From Escherichia coli (lineage in GTDB: Bacteria; Pseudomonadota; Gammaproteobacteria; Enterobacterales; Enterobacteriaceae): a stretch of 64,000 nt of DNA. The DNA is taken from NCBI RefSeq assembly GCF_003334385.1, contig NZ_QOWN01000020.1; one strand, written 5' to 3'. The translations under genes and the position numbers were made by a program. Shown piece after piece: positions 47,060-56,608 of the stretch. The notes beneath the pieces are model-generated. The model did no database searches, was not told the origin of the DNA, and worked only from the letters and a program-made list of their open reading frames with translations. Each line of letters opens with the position of its first letter. Position 1 is the stretch's first letter.

Positions 47060-47380
47060 TTAGCGGAAACTGACTGTTTCACCCGCCTGCTGCGTCGCCG
47101 CCTGTTCCAGCAAATCCCAGAAGGTTTCGCCGCTGCGATCACAAATCCACTCATCGCCTTTCAGGTCAAAATGGTAGCCGCCCTGTTTGGTTGCCAGCCA
47201 TACCTGGTGCAGCGGCTCCTGGCGGTTGATAATGATTTTGCTGCCATTCTCAAAGGTAATGGTCAGTACGCCGCCGTTGATTTCGCAGTCGATATCGCTG
47301 TCGCCATCCCAGTCGTCCAGGCGTTCTTCAATGGTCAGCCAGAGTTGATCAGCCAGGCGATGAAATTCACTGTCGTTCAT
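47060..47380 (-). CDS. cyaY: Frataxin homologue CyaY
   Basis: ORF track 106 aa, [33 protein letters not shown]... Confidence 0.96.
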
Positions 47381-47842
47381 TGTTGTATCCTGTTTTTAAG
47401 TGATGGCGGCAGTATAGCGGCATGGGGTCAGGGCTTCAAAGTTTGCACCTCTGCGGCTGCGTTCCGGCACGATTCATCCGTCACCGGAATAATGATGTCT
47501 CTGTGTAGCGAAAGATTTGTCTCTTCATTAGGGCGCAGTTACACCACGTCTTTCCCTGTTTCTGGTAAACATTATGATCAGGTTTACCGAGCGAGCATCC
47601 TCACGCTGACGGAACTAAAAAAGACAACAAACAAACCACATTGCGATAGTGCATAAAGCCATCCTGGCGCGAGGTGCCGATCACGAAACTACCAGCAAAA
47701 CATAAATCCCCACGAGTAAGCGTTATACTCGCAGCATTTCCTCACTTTTCAGACTTCATAAAGAGTCGCTAAACGCTTGCTTTTACGTCTTCTCCTGCGA
47801 TGATAGAAAGCAGAAAGCGATGAACTTTACAGGCAATCCATA

Positions 47843-48046
47843 ATGAAAAACGTGTTTAAGGCACTCACTGTATTACTTACTCTCTTCAGCCTGACGGGCT
47901 GCGGTCTGAAAGGTCCGCTCTATTTCCCGCCTGCAGATAAAAACGCACCGCCGCCGACCAAACCGGTAGAGACGCAAACGCAATCCACGGTGCCGGATAA
48001 AAACGATCGCGCCACTGGCGATGGTCCATCCCAGGTGAATTACTAA
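47843..48046 (+). CDS. lptM: Small lipoprotein LptM (YifL)
   Basis: ORF track 67 aa. Signal peptide with lipobox LTG-C (MKNVFKALTVLLTLFSLTGC), then a Pro-rich tail. Confidence 0.9.
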   Translation: MKNVFKALTVLLTLFSLTGCGLKGPLYFPPADKNAPPPTKPVETQTQSTVPDKNDRATGDGPSQVNY

Positions 48047-48082
48047 AAGTCAGTTTCTGTACCCGCGTGATTGGAGTAAATG

Positions 48083-48907
48083 ATGCAGTTCTCGAAAATG
48101 CATGGCCTTGGCAACGATTTTATGGTCGTCGACGCGGTAACGCAGAATGTCTTTTTTTCACCGGAGCTGATTCGTCGCCTGGCTGATCGGCACCTGGGGG
48201 TAGGGTTTGACCAACTGCTGGTGGTTGAGCCGCCGTATGATCCTGAACTGGATTTTCACTATCGCATTTTCAATGCTGATGGCAGTGAAGTGGCGCAGTG
48301 CGGCAACGGTGCGCGCTGCTTTGCCCGTTTTGTGCGTCTGAAAGGACTGACCAATAAGCGTGATATCCGCGTCAGCACCGCCAACGGGCGGATGGTTCTG
48401 ACCGTCACCGATGATGATCTGGTCCGCGTAAATATGGGCGAACCCAACTTCGAACCTTCCGCCGTGCCGTTTCGCGCTAACAAAGCGGAAAAGACCTATA
48501 TTATGCGCGCCGCCGAGCAGACAATCTTATGCGGCGTGGTGTCGATGGGAAATCCGCATTGCGTGATTCAGGTCGATGATGTCGATACCGCGGCGGTAGA
48601 AACGCTTGGTCCTGTTCTGGAAAGCCACGAGCGTTTTCCGGAGCGCGCCAATATCGGTTTTATGCAAGTGGTTAAGCGCGAGCATATTCGTTTACGCGTT
48701 TATGAGCGTGGGGCAGGAGAAACCCAGGCCTGCGGCAGCGGCGCGTGTGCGGCGGTTGCAGTAGGGATTCAGCAAGGTTTGCTGGCCGAAGAAGTACGCG
48801 TGGAACTCCCCGGCGGTCGTCTTGATATCGCCTGGAAAGGTCCGGGTCACCCGTTATATATGACTGGCCCGGCGGTACATGTCTACGACGGATTTATTCA
48901 TCTATGA
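48083..48907 (+). CDS. dapF: Diaminopimelate epimerase
   Basis: ORF track 275 aa. The second ATG (48083, 274 aa) has better spacing from GGAG. Catalytic Cys contexts [13 protein letters not shown] and ETQACGSG are present. Confidence 0.95.
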
Positions 48908-49611
48908 AGCAACCAGGGGAAGAACTGCAGGAAACACTCACGGAGCTTGATGACCGGGCGGTTGTCGATTATCTGATTAAAAATCCTGAGTTTTTTATCC
49001 GTAATGCGCGCGCAGTAGAAGCGATACGTGTGCCGCATCCGGTACGCGGCACCGTTTCGTTGGTCGAGTGGCACATGGCCCGCGCACGTAATCATATTCA
49101 TGTTCTGGAAGAGAACATGGCGCTGTTGATGGAACAGGCTATCGCCAACGAAGGCCTGTTTTATCGCCTACTCTACCTGCAGCGCAGTCTCACCGCCGCC
49201 AGCAGTCTCGACGATATGCTGATGCGCTTTCACCGCTGGGCGCGCGATCTCGGCCTGGCAGGTGCGAGTCTGCGCCTGTTTCCGGATCGCTGGCGCTTAG
49301 GTGCGCCGTCGAACCACACTCATCTGGCATTAAGCCGTCAGTCTTTCGAACCGCTGCGTATTCAGCGTTTGGGGCAGGAACAGCACTATCTTGGGCCGCT
49401 TAACGGACCAGAGCTGCTGGTGGTGCTACCGGAAGCGAAAGCGGTGGGATCGGTGGCGATGTCGATGCTGGGAAGCGATGCTGATTTGGGTGTCGTGCTG
49501 TTTACCAGTCGCGATGCCAGTCACTATCAACAAGGGCAAGGAACGCAGTTACTTCATGAAATTGCGCTGATGTTGCCGGAGCTTCTGGAGCGTTGGATTG
49601 AACGCGTATGA
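48904..49611 (+). CDS. yigA: DUF484-family protein YigA
   Basis: ORF track 235 aa. 4-nt overlaps with both dapF (upstream) and xerC (downstream). Confidence 0.9.
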
Positions 49612-50504
49612 CCGATTTACACACCGATGTAGAACGCTACCTACGTTATCTGAGCGTGGAGCGCCAGCTTAGCCCGATAACCCTGCTTAACTACCAGCGT
49701 CAGCTTGAGGCGATCATCAATTTTGCCAGCGAAAACGGCCTGCAAAGCTGGCAGCAATGTGATGTGACGATGGTGCGCAATTTTGCTGTACGCAGTCGCC
49801 GTAAAGGGCTGGGAGCAGCAAGTCTGGCGTTACGGCTTTCTGCGCTACGTAGCTTTTTTGACTGGCTGGTCAGCCAGAACGAACTCAAAGCTAACCCGGC
49901 GAAAGGTGTTTCGGCACCGAAAGCGCCGCGTCATCTGCCGAAAAACATCGACGTCGACGATATGAATCGGCTGCTGGATATTGATATCAATGATCCCCTC
50001 GCTGTACGCGACCGTGCAATGCTGGAAGTGATGTACGGCGCGGGTCTGCGTCTTTCTGAGCTGGTGGGGCTGGATATTAAACACCTCGACCTGGAGTCTG
50101 GTGAAGTGTGGGTTATGGGGAAAGGCAGCAAAGAGCGCCGCCTGCCGATTGGTCGCAACGCTGTGGCGTGGATTGAGCACTGGCTTGATTTGCGCGACCT
50201 GTTTGGTAGCGAAGACGACGCGCTTTTTCTGTCGAAACTGGGCAAGCGTATCTCCGCGCGTAATGTGCAGAAACGCTTTGCCGAATGGGGCATAAAACAA
50301 GGGCTGAATAATCACGTTCATCCGCATAAATTACGTCACTCGTTCGCCACGCATATGCTGGAGTCGAGCGGCGATCTTCGTGGTGTGCAGGAGCTGCTGG
50401 GTCATGCCAACCTCTCCACCACGCAAATCTATACTCATCTTGATTTTCAACACCTTGCCTCGGTTTACGATGCGGCGCATCCACGCGCCAAACGGGGGAA
50501 ATAA
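49608..50504 (+). CDS. xerC: Tyrosine site-specific recombinase XerC (chromosome dimer resolution)
   Basis: ORF track 298 aa. Catalytic signature ...[12 protein letters not shown]...[14 protein letters not shown]. Confidence 0.96.
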
Positions 50505-51220
50505 TGCGTTTTTACCGGCCTTTGGGGCGCATCTCGGCGCTCACCTTTGACTTGGATGATACCCTTTACGATAACCGTCCGGTGATTTTGCGCACCGAGC
50601 GAGAGGCGCTTACCTTTGTGCAAAATTATCATCCGGCGCTGCGCAGCTTCCAGAATGAAGATCTGCAACGCCTGCGCCAGGCGGTACGGGAAGCGGAACC
50701 CGAGATTTATCACGACGTGACGCGCTGGCGTTTTCGTTCGATTGAACAAGCGATGCTCGACGCCGGGCTGAGTGCCGAAGAAGCCAGTGCAGGCGCACAC
50801 GCAGCAATGATCAACTTTGCCAAATGGCGCAGCCGAATCGACGTCCCGCAGCAAACTCACGACACCTTAAAACAGCTGGCGAAGAAATGGCCGCTGGTGG
50901 CGATCACCAACGGTAACGCCCAGCCGGAGCTGTTTGGTTTGGGGGATTATTTTGAGTTTGTGCTGCGCGCTGGCCCGCACGGGCGCTCAAAACCGTTCAG
51001 CGATATGTACTTTTTGGCTGCGGAAAAACTCAACGTGCCGATCGGCGAGATCTTACATGTTGGGGACGATCTCACCACTGACGTGGGTGGGGCAATTCGC
51101 AGCGGAATGCAGGCTTGTTGGATCAGACCGGAAAATGGCGATCTGATGCAAACCTGGGACAGCCGTTTACTGCCGCATCTGGAAATTTCCCGGTTGGCAT
51201 CTCTGACCTCGCTGATATAA
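50504..51220 (+). CDS. yigB: HAD-superfamily phosphatase YigB
   Basis: ORF track 238 aa. HAD motif I is FDLDDTLYD. 1-nt overlap with the xerC stop. Confidence 0.92.
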
Positions 51221-51229
51221 TCAGCAAAT

Positions 51230-51245
51230 CTGTATATATACCCAG
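51230..51245. promoter_or_regulatory. LexA (SOS) box of uvrD
   Basis: CTGTATATATACCCAG fits CTG-N10-CAG with an AT-rich centre, 59 nt upstream of the uvrD ATG. Confidence 0.85.
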
Positions 51246-51303
51246 CTTTTTGGCGGAGGGCGTTGCGCTTCTCCGCCCAACCTATTTTTACGCGGCGGTG
51301 CCA

Positions 51304-53466
51304 ATGGACGTTTCTTACCTGCTCGACAGCCTTAATGACAAACAGCGCGAAGCGGTGGCCGCGCCACGCAGCAACCTTCTGGTGCTGGCGGGCGCGGGCA
51401 GTGGTAAGACGCGCGTACTGGTGCATCGTATCGCCTGGTTGATGAGCGTGGAAAACTGCTCGCCATACTCGATTATGGCGGTGACGTTTACCAACAAAGC
51501 GGCGGCGGAGATGCGTCATCGTATCGGGCAACTGATGGGCACGAGCCAGGGCGGTATGTGGGTCGGCACCTTCCACGGGCTGGCGCACCGTTTGCTGCGT
51601 GCGCACCATATGGACGCCAATCTGCCGCAGGATTTCCAGATCCTCGACAGTGAAGACCAGCTACGCCTGCTTAAGCGTCTGATCAAAGCCATGAACCTCG
51701 ACGAGAAGCAGTGGCCGCCGCGGCAGGCAATGTGGTACATCAACAGCCAGAAAGATGAAGGCCTGCGTCCGCATCATATTCAAAGCTACGGTAATCCGGT
51801 GGAGCAGACCTGGCAGAAGGTGTATCAGGCGTATCAGGAAGCGTGTGACCGCGCGGGCCTGGTGGACTTCGCCGAGCTGCTGCTGCGCGCTCACGAGTTG
51901 TGGCTTAACAAGCCGCATATCCTGCAACACTACCGCGAACGTTTTACCAATATCCTGGTGGACGAATTCCAGGATACCAACAACATTCAGTACGCGTGGA
52001 TCCGCCTGCTGGCGGGCGACACCGGCAAAGTGATGATCGTCGGTGATGACGACCAGTCAATCTACGGCTGGCGCGGGGCGCAGGTGGAGAATATTCAGCG
52101 TTTCCTTAATGATTTCCCCGGTGCCGAAACTATTCGTCTGGAGCAAAACTACCGCTCTACCAGCAATATTCTGAGCGCCGCTAACGCCCTGATTGAAAAC
52201 AATAACGGGCGTCTGGGTAAAAAACTGTGGACCGATGGCGCGGACGGTGAGCCTATTTCCCTCTATTGCGCTTTTAACGAACTCGATGAAGCGCGTTTTG
52301 TGGTTAACCGCATCAAAACCTGGCAGGACAACGGCGGAGCGCTTGCCGAGTGCGCCATTCTCTACCGCAGCAACGCCCAGTCGCGGGTGCTCGAAGAGGC
52401 GTTATTGCAGGCCAGTATGCCGTACCGTATTTACGGCGGGATGCGCTTCTTCGAACGCCAGGAAATCAAAGATGCGCTCTCGTATCTGCGCCTGATTGCC
52501 AACCGCAACGACGACGCGGCCTTTGAGCGTGTGGTGAATACGCCAACGCGGGGTATTGGTGACCGGACGCTGGACGTGGTACGTCAGACATCGCGCGATC
52601 GCCAGTTAACACTCTGGCAGGCATGTCGTGAGCTGTTGCAGGAAAAAGCCCTCGCCGGGCGAGCTGCCAGCGCCTTGCAGCGATTTATGGAATTAATCGA
52701 CGCCTTAGCGCAGGAAACTGCCGATATGCCGCTGCATGTACAGACTGACCGGGTAATTAAAGACTCCGGCCTGCGTACCATGTATGAGCAGGAGAAGGGC
52801 GAAAAAGGTCAGACGCGTATCGAAAACTTAGAGGAACTGGTGACGGCAACGCGCCAGTTCAGCTACAACGAAGAAGACGAAGATTTAATGCCGCTGCAGG
52901 CGTTCCTCTCCCATGCGGCACTGGAAGCAGGTGAAGGGCAGGCGGATACCTGGCAGGATGCGGTGCAGTTGATGACGCTACACTCGGCGAAAGGCCTGGA
53001 GTTCCCGCAGGTGTTTATCGTTGGTATGGAAGAGGGCATGTTCCCAAGCCAGATGTCGCTGGATGAAGGCGGGCGTCTGGAAGAAGAACGCCGTCTGGCC
53101 TACGTTGGCGTAACCCGCGCGATGCAGAAACTGACGCTGACCTACGCGGAAACCCGCCGTCTGTATGGTAAAGAGGTTTACCATCGCCCGTCGCGCTTTA
53201 TCGGCGAGCTGCCGGAAGAGTGTGTGGAAGAGGTGCGCCTGCGCGCCACGGTAAGCCGCCCGGTCAGCCATCAGCGGATGGGTACGCCGATGGTCGAGAA
53301 CGACAGCGGCTACAAGCTCGGCCAGCGCGTACGCCACGCTAAGTTTGGTGAAGGCACCATTGTCAATATGGAAGGCAGCGGTGAGCATAGCCGTTTGCAG
53401 GTGGCATTTCAGGGCCAGGGTATTAAATGGCTGGTGGCGGCATACGCCCGGCTGGAGTCGGTGTAA
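51304..53466 (+). CDS. uvrD: DNA helicase II UvrD (SF1)
   Basis: ORF track 783 aa. I chose the ATG at 51304 (720 aa, [38 protein letters not shown]). Confidence 0.97.
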   Translation: MDVSYLLDSLNDKQREAVAAPRSNLLVLAGAGSGKTRVLVHRIAWLMSVENCSPYSIMAVTFTNKAAAEMRHRIGQLMGTSQGGMWVGTFHGLAHRLLRAHHMDANLPQDFQILDSEDQLRLLKRLIKAMNLDEKQWPPRQAMWYINSQKDEGLRPHHIQSYGNPVEQTWQKVYQAYQEACDRAGLVDFAELLLRAHELWLNKPHILQHYRERFTNILVDEFQDTNNIQYAWIRLLAGDTGKVMIVGDDDQSIYGWRGAQVENIQRFLNDFPGAETIRLEQNYRSTSNILSAANALIENNNGRLGKKLWTDGADGEPISLYCAFNELDEARFVVNRIKTWQDNGGALAECAILYRSNAQSRVLEEALLQASMPYRIYGGMRFFERQEIKDALSYLRLIANRNDDAAFERVVNTPTRGIGDRTLDVVRQTSRDRQLTLWQACRELLQEKALAGRAASALQRFMELIDALAQETADMPLHVQTDRVIKDSGLRTMYEQEKGEKGQTRIENLEELVTATRQFSYNEEDEDLMPLQAFLSHAALEAGEGQADTWQDAVQLMTLHSAKGLEFPQVFIVGMEEGMFPSQMSLDEGGRLEEERRLAYVGVTRAMQKLTLTYAETRRLYGKEVYHRPSRFIGELPEECVEEVRLRATVSRPVSHQRMGTPMVENDSGYKLGQRVRHAKFGEGTIVNMEGSGEHSRLQVAFQGQGIKWLVAAYARLESV

Positions 53467-53468
53467 CG

Positions 53469-53574
53469 TTGCCGGATGCGGTGCTGCGCACCTTATTTGG
53501 CCTAAAAAATCATTCAGATTCAATAAATTGCAACGTCATGTAGGCCGGATAGGGCGTTTACGCCGCATCCGGCA
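53469..53574. repeat. BIME/RIP element (second copy in the window)
   Basis: REP TTGCCGGATGCGGTGCTGCGCACCTTATTTGGCCTAA, core ATTCAATAAATTGCAA, REP TGTAGGCCGGATAGGGCGTTTACGCCGCATCCGGCA. Shares the ATTCAATAAATTGCA core with 37487-37591. Confidence 0.8.
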
Positions 53575-53612
53575 TCTGCGCCATCTTCAGTATCTGACAC
53601 AAAACTATCGTT

Positions 53613-54377
53613 TTAACCTTTCCGCTCGACGGAAATCATGGTGACAAAAGGATAGCGTTGCCACGGGATTGCCCCGCCTTTCATATACATATGTGAAATC
53701 GTGCCATCAAGATAAAGCAGCTGCTCAACGTTCAGTTTCGCTTTGGCATAACAGGCAAAATCATAAAAATTTGTTGCCTGCTGGCTCAACAAAAACACGG
53801 CGTTCCCATGTTTATTAATCCCAACACCGTTACGAATTTTGCTTGAGGCGACGTTGGGATGAATACGCGGATTAATTACACCGTTTTCCATCAACATTGG
53901 CCCTGACTGCACCGCAAACTGAATCTCTTTACTGGTTTTGAAGGCATCCAGACGAACGATGCCGACTTTATCTCCCGCGACATAAAACACGCCGCCAGGA
54001 CGGATAAAGAAATTCCCTTCACCTGAAGCGAGATTTAACGCCACCTTCTGCTGACCGTTTTCGATGTACAAACCGAGCGGCGCATAGCTTTCATCATAGA
54101 TGCCGCCGTTCATCGCCATCTGCACCTGACCCTGACTATTAATATCCGCCAGCAGAGCATGTAACGTTCCCCACGCTTCGCCATTGGCTTTTTGCCAGTA
54201 CATTTTCACCCGCTCTGTTTGAGGATTAACGGTATACGCCTGTACGGTCAGCGTCGGATCTGAGAGTGCGCAATCATCAGCGGCAACAGCAAACAAGGGA
54301 AGTAAGGTGAGGGCGAGAAAAATCCGTTTGAGATTCAAGGTGATCATTCCTTTACCAATGAGTAGCTGATGCGCCAT
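53613..54377 (-). CDS. yigE: Secreted DUF2233-family protein YigE
   Basis: ORF track 254 aa, with AGGA 6 nt upstream of the ATG at 54377. Signal peptide ...LKRIFLALTLLPLFAVAADDC. An alternative start at 54347 cannot be excluded. Confidence 0.85.
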   Translation of the reverse strand: MAHQLLIGKGMITLNLKRIFLALTLLPLFAVAADDCALSDPTLTVQAYTVNPQTERVKMYWQKANGEAWGTLHALLADINSQGQVQMAMNGGIYDESYAPLGLYIENGQQKVALNLASGEGNFFIRPGGVFYVAGDKVGIVRLDAFKTSKEIQFAVQSGPMLMENGVINPRIHPNVASSKIRNGVGINKHGNAVFLLSQQATNFYDFACYAKAKLNVEQLLYLDGTISHMYMKGGAIPWQRYPFVTMISVERKG

Positions 54378-54477
54378 TATAGGTCCTGGATGTGGGATTT
54401 TTTTATCCTGTTAGCGACCTTGACGAGTACCAAAAAGCGCGAAGTTCAACTATTGTTCTGTGGTGTTCTGTTGCGTG

Positions 54478-54506
54478 TTGACGGCAAAATTTTGCTGGCG
54501 TAACAT
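54478..54506 (+). promoter_or_regulatory. Candidate sigma70 promoter of corA
   Basis: TTGACG (54478-54483), a 17-bp spacer, then TAACAT (54501-54506). This would give a leader of roughly 235 nt. It is a pattern match only. Confidence 0.4.
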
Positions 54507-54746
54507 GCGCGCACGATCACTCTAAGAGGACATTCGCCTTGGACACACCCAGTAGATACTGGCTCACTATCCTGTCATCCAGGATCAACTCCTAAGGCTA
54601 TCCCTTTTTGCTGATAGCCTTAGCGGTTGTCAGCGACCTCAATTTTTCCCGTCGCGCTGAGTCAGGCTGTTTAATGGTCTGAAACCCAATTTGTTTCTGT
54701 GTGCCCACCGAACTGTCCGATATTTTAAGCATTGGGAGTCCCGGTC

Positions 54747-55697
54747 ATGCTGAGCGCATTTCAACTGGAAAATAACCGACTGACCCGGCTGGAAGTCGAA
54801 GAGTCACAACCCCTTGTAAATGCAGTATGGATTGATCTTGTCGAACCGGACGACGACGAGCGACTGCGCGTACAATCTGAACTTGGCCAGAGCCTGGCAA
54901 CCCGCCCGGAACTGGAAGACATCGAAGCATCGGCACGTTTCTTTGAAGACGACGACGGCCTGCATATTCACTCCTTCTTCTTCTTTGAAGATGCGGAAGA
55001 TCACGCCGGTAACTCCACTGTGGCATTTACCATCCGTGATGGTCGTCTGTTTACTCTGCGTGAGCGTGAACTGCCCGCTTTTCGTCTGTATCGTATGCGT
55101 GCCCGTAGCCAGTCGATGGTAGACGGTAACGCCTACGAGTTGCTGCTGGATCTGTTCGAAACCAAAATCGAACAGTTGGCAGATGAAATTGAAAATATCT
55201 ATAGCGACCTGGAGCAGTTGAGCCGGGTGATTATGGAAGGGCATCAGGGCGATGAGTACGACGAGGCGCTCTCCACTCTGGCGGAACTGGAAGATATCGG
55301 CTGGAAAGTTCGCCTGTGTCTGATGGATACCCAGCGCGCGCTCAACTTCCTGGTGCGTAAAGCGCGTTTACCGGGTGGGCAACTGGAGCAGGCGCGTGAA
55401 ATCCTGCGAGATATCGAATCCCTGCTGCCGCATAACGAATCCCTGTTCCAGAAGGTGAACTTCCTGATGCAGGCGGCAATGGGTTTTATCAACATCGAGC
55501 AGAACCGCATCATCAAAATCTTCTCGGTGGTATCCGTGGTATTCCTGCCGCCGACGCTCGTTGCTTCCAGCTATGGCATGAACTTTGAGTTTATGCCAGA
55601 ACTGAAGTGGAGCTTCGGCTACCCTGGCGCGATTATCTTTATGATCCTCGCGGGCCTGGCACCGTATCTGTACTTTAAGCGGAAGAACTGGTTGTAA
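54747..55697 (+). CDS. corA: Mg2+/Co2+/Ni2+ channel CorA
   Basis: ORF track 321 aa. I chose the ATG at 54747 (316 aa, [16 protein letters not shown]...). The YGMNF signature is present. Confidence 0.96.
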   Translation: MLSAFQLENNRLTRLEVEESQPLVNAVWIDLVEPDDDERLRVQSELGQSLATRPELEDIEASARFFEDDDGLHIHSFFFFEDAEDHAGNSTVAFTIRDGRLFTLRERELPAFRLYRMRARSQSMVDGNAYELLLDLFETKIEQLADEIENIYSDLEQLSRVIMEGHQGDEYDEALSTLAELEDIGWKVRLCLMDTQRALNFLVRKARLPGGQLEQAREILRDIESLLPHNESLFQKVNFLMQAAMGFINIEQNRIIKIFSVVSVVFLPPTLVASSYGMNFEFMPELKWSFGYPGAIIFMILAGLAPYLYFKRKNWL

Positions 55698-55708
55698 AAA
55701 ACGAGAGC

Positions 55709-55733
55709 GGTGGCTTAGTCTGGCTAAGCCACC
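55709..55733. terminator. Hairpin between convergent corA and yigF
   Basis: GGTGGCTTAG-TCTGG-CTAAGCCACC, a perfect 10-bp stem followed by TGTTATT. Confidence 0.6.
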
Positions 55734-55739
55734 TGTTAT

Positions 55740-56120
55740 TCAAAGGCTCCAGGTATTTAACCCTTTTACCTCTTTCTCATAGAACCATTTGTTCGTGTTA
55801 ACAGCAACATAGGCTGCTACGGCAATTCCCAGAATGTTAACGCCAATTAGTGCACCAACAAATAGAGATAGAATACCAAGTAATAGAACTATAATTGCTT
55901 TTTTCCATAACCCCAGGACAAATAAATATATCCAGGAACAGAAGAAAGCAATGAAATTCATTTGAATAGTTAAGCGTTGTCTTACTTTTAATGCTTTAAA
56001 TGCTGCTTTATATTCTGGTGTTGCCCCCCAGAATCCAGGAAAACCATGTTGATCATAAAAATTAAATCGGTATTTCCATTTTTCACTTAATGAACCATCG
56101 TTCATATATTCCTTACTCAT
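55740..56120 (-). CDS. yigF: Small inner-membrane protein YigF (DUF2628)
   Basis: ORF track 140 aa. I chose the ATG at 56120 (126 aa, MSKEYMNDGSL...), preceded by GGAG. Two or three TM segments. AT-rich codon usage. Confidence 0.85.
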   Translation of the reverse strand: MSKEYMNDGSLSEKWKYRFNFYDQHGFPGFWGATPEYKAAFKALKVRQRLTIQMNFIAFFCSWIYLFVLGLWKKAIIVLLLGILSLFVGALIGVNILGIAVAAYVAVNTNKWFYEKEVKGLNTWSL

Positions 56121-56133
56121 AAATACTCCATAA

Positions 56134-56514
56134 CTATTGTTTTGATGAATCAGTAGGTGCAAGCATTAGCATACTGAAAGTGGAAAAATAACAAATCAAA
56201 AAAATCATCGAACCATTGCCTGAACAGGCAAAATCTTCGGCTATCATTGTGATGATAGAGATGATATATACTGCTAATGTACCAAAAACATAAGTTTTTA
56301 TATAGATGAAACCACTATCACGGAGTCGCTGGCAATTCATGTTGATGACGAGATAATGGAGTACGATGGTAGAGACTATAACAAGAAAGCCTGCTTCTCC
56401 ATCGTTAAAAAAGATAATAAGAAAGGCAAAAATGAAATTTATTAAAATAAATGAAAATATATAACGACGTCTGGAAATCTTACCGTTAGATGTTGGGATA
56501 AATATACGTAACAT
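56134..56514 (-). CDS. yigG: Small inner-membrane protein YigG (DUF805-like)
   Basis: ORF track 146 aa. I chose the ATG at 56514 (126 aa, [22 protein letters not shown]...), preceded by AAGGATG. Very AT-rich. Confidence 0.82.
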
Positions 56515-56608
56515 AAATTTTACATCCTTGTATGAGTCTCCGGTCAGCATGGCAATATGCCCACTCTCATGCAAGAGTCGGCATATTTTTTCAGAATATA
56601 TTTATTTT

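Noticed and set aside
47171-47491. The 5' two-thirds of the 161-aa plus-strand ORF 47171-47656.
   Set aside because: It runs antisense through cyaY. Only the last 54 codons lie in intergenic DNA, and those are kept as a low-confidence finding.
49608-50504. A tyrosine recombinase that could mark an integrative element.
   Set aside because: It is chromosomal XerC, embedded in the conserved dapF-yigA-xerC-yigB operon. No att-like repeats, tRNA-adjacent junction or cargo genes flank it.
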